Shown one piece after another: positions 30,387-32,000 of a stretch of 32,000 nucleotides of DNA. Below the pieces are notes generated by a model, which worked only from the letters and a program-made list of their open reading frames with translations, was not told the DNA's origin and ran no database searches. The translations under genes and the position numbers were made by a program. The stretch covers positions 3,600,001-3,632,000 of the forward strand of contig NC_017080.1 of the NCBI RefSeq assembly GCF_000284115.1, given 5' to 3'. Within the stretch, counting starts at the first letter, position 1; the number at the start of each line of letters is the position of its first letter. The stretch comes from Phycisphaera mikurensis NBRC 102666 (GTDB lineage: Bacteria > Planctomycetota > Phycisphaerae > Phycisphaerales > Phycisphaeraceae).

Positions 30387-30625
30387 GCCAGTCAAGGGGC
30401 CAGGCCCCGGCAGTCAAGGGGTCAGGCAGTCAAGAAGAGTCAAGGGGTCGGGCAGTCAAGGGGTCAGGCCCCTGGCAGTCATGGCAGTCAAGGCAGTCAA
30501 GGGGTCAGGCAGTCAAGGGGCAGTCAAGGGGTCAGGCCCCTTGACAAGGCCCCTCAACAGGCAGCTTTCGCGCTTTTGAGGGGCCAATCTTTCGAGGGGC
30601 CAGGCCCCTTGAAAGGAGGTCCCTC
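30387..30625. repeat. Short irregular interspersed repeats (GGCAGTCAAGGGGTCAGG-type) with hairpins
   Basis: Repeated CAGTCAAGGGG/GTCAGG units. Hairpin TCAAGGGG-TCAGG-CCCCTTGA at 30524-30544. Confidence 0.85.
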
Positions 30626-30770
30626 GAACGAGGTACAAGGGGAGTCGCGGCCGCGCACCGGTCCTCCGCACGGGGAGGGTGCGGGCGACGGGGCGGACGC
30701 GCTACGCTGCCCGGTCCCGCGAGGCCGTCGATGCCTGCCGACGCCCGCCGAGCCCGTTTGCCCGACGAAC

Positions 30771-32000
30771 ATGCGTGACCACGCGGTCCTCTATCTCAAT
30801 GGCCGGCGCCGCGAGGTGCGCGGGGCCGACCTGCTGCTGCCGCTGTCGACGTGGCTGCGCGAGAACCAGCGGCTGACCGGCACCAAGATCGTCTGCGCCG
30901 AGGGCGACTGCGGGGCCTGCTCTCTGCTGGTCGGCCGCCGCGAGGATCCCGCCGACGACGCCCTCACCTACCGCGCGATCGACGCGTGCATCGCCTTCGT
31001 CTACCAGGCGGACCGGGCGCACGTGGTGACCGTCGAGGGGCTGCGGGAGGAGGACGGCTCGCTGTCGAGCGTCCAGCAGGCGATGGTTGCCTGCCACGGC
31101 AGCCAGTGCGGCTTCTGCACGCCGGGCTTCGTCACCACGATCCACGCGGTCCACGAAGAGCCGAAGCAGGTGGGCGTGACGGTGAACGGCCAGGAGCCCG
31201 ACGAGGAGGAGATCGACTGGCCGCACGCGCTCTCCGGCAACCTGTGCCGCTGCACGGGCTACGTGCAGATCTTCGACGCGGCCAGGGCGGTGGACCCCGC
31301 GTCGCTCACCCGGCTCAACGATCGCTACCCGGCGGCCGCGATGCTCGACGACTTCGACGCCGCCGCCGAGGCCCCGCTCGATGCGAGCTTCGAGCGCGGA
31401 GGCCGGCCCTGCCGCGTCGCCGCCCCCCGCACGCTCGCGGCCGCCGCGGCCTTCCGCGCCGAGCACCCCGCCTGCCGGGTCGCTTCGGGCACGACCGACC
31501 TGGGCGTGCAGCACCGCCACGGCCGCTACGAGCCGGAGGTCGTGCTCGGGCTGCACGCGGTGGACGGACTCGGCGGCATCGACCGGGTGAGCGATGACGA
31601 CGCCGGGGGTGAATCCAAGCGCGAGCACCTGCTCATCGGCGCGGCCGCCACGTGGACACGCATCGCTCGCGAGGTCCAGCGCGACCTGCCGGCGTACCAC
31701 GCCGTCCTGATGCGCTTCGGCAGCCCGCAGATCCGCAACGCCGGCACGCTCGCCGGCAACCTCGCCAACGGCAGCCCCATCGCCGACAGCGTCCCGCTGC
31801 AGCTCGTGCTCGAGGCCGAGCTGGAGCTGATCTCGGGCGCCGGCGTCCGCCGCCGCGTCCCGCTCACCCGCTTCTACACCGGGTACAAGCAGATGGACCT
31901 CCGCGACGACGAGCTGATCGCCGCCGTCCGCCTGCCGCTGCCCATGCCGAGCCAGCGCCTCTCGCTGCACAAGGTCAGCAAGCGGCGCGACATGGACATC
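30771..32000 (+). CDS. xdhA: Xanthine dehydrogenase small subunit, [2Fe-2S] + FAD domains (3' end outside window)
   Basis: MRDHAVLYLNGRRREVRGADLLLPLSTWLRENQRLTGTKIVCAEGDCGACSLLVG...QCGFCTPGFVTT...LSGNLCRCTGYVQIFDAAR...GSPQIRNAGTLAGNLANGSPIADS. Missing from the ORF track because it has no in-window stop. Confidence 0.93.
   Translation, partial: MRDHAVLYLNGRRREVRGADLLLPLSTWLRENQRLTGTKIVCAEGDCGACSLLVGRREDPADDALTYRAIDACIAFVYQADRAHVVTVEGLREEDGSLSSVQQAMVACHGSQCGFCTPGFVTTIHAVHEEPKQVGVTVNGQEPDEEEIDWPHALSGNLCRCTGYVQIFDAARAVDPASLTRLNDRYPAAAMLDDFDAAAEAPLDASFERGGRPCRVAAPRTLAAAAAFRAEHPACRVASGTTDLGVQHRHGRYEPEVVLGLHAVDGLGGIDRVSDDDAGGESKREHLLIGAAATWTRIAREVQRDLPAYHAVLMRFGSPQIRNAGTLAGNLANGSPIADSVPLQLVLEAELELISGAGVRRRVPLTRFYTGYKQMDLRDDELIAAVRLPLPMPSQRLSLHKVSKRRDMDI

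Noticed and set aside
30297-30395. Start of the allantoate amidohydrolase-like gene at ATG 30395
   Set aside because: The added residues are unlike family N-termini and the start reads into the GTCAAGGGG repeat tract. GTG 30296 or ATG 30254 is more plausible.
30387-30560. Possible CRISPR array
   Set aside because: Repeat units are short, irregular and overlapping, with no constant 28-36 nt repeat or unique equal-length spacers, and there are no cas genes.

Overview
This is a high-GC chromosomal window. Gene content suggests a planctomycete-type bacterium, but that is inference only. Reading left to right it carries: the C-terminal part of ClpB; a small SAM-methyltransferase-like gene; a CsgG-family lipoprotein; flagellin; Mfd; an NAD-salvage cluster (intact nicotinate phosphoribosyltransferase, internally deleted NrtR-like NUDIX gene, truncated nicotinamidase, ADP-ribosylglycohydrolase); a stand-alone ATP synthase beta gene; a cyclophilin; a membrane glycosyltransferase fused to a methyltransferase; and a GH20 hexosaminidase. 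The right 14 kb is a nearly contiguous adenine-to-glyoxylate catabolic island: adenine deaminase, HIU hydrolase, OHCU decarboxylase, allantoinase, uricase, ureidoglycolate amidohydrolase-like M20, ureidoglycine aminohydrolase, allantoate amidohydrolase-like M20 and the start of xanthine dehydrogenase. An IS5-like element and Uma2 and alpha/beta-hydrolase genes sit among them. The most unusual non-coding signals are two. (1) A 160-bp, nearly palindromic MITE-like element occurs three times; one copy is hit by the IS at its terminal CTAG and another supplies the stop codon of a purine gene. (2) A dispersed short palindromic motif, CCGCGGACC-N28-GGTCCGCGG, has exactly constant spacing. It recurs about 8 times in intergenic and coding DNA, plus one weaker match.
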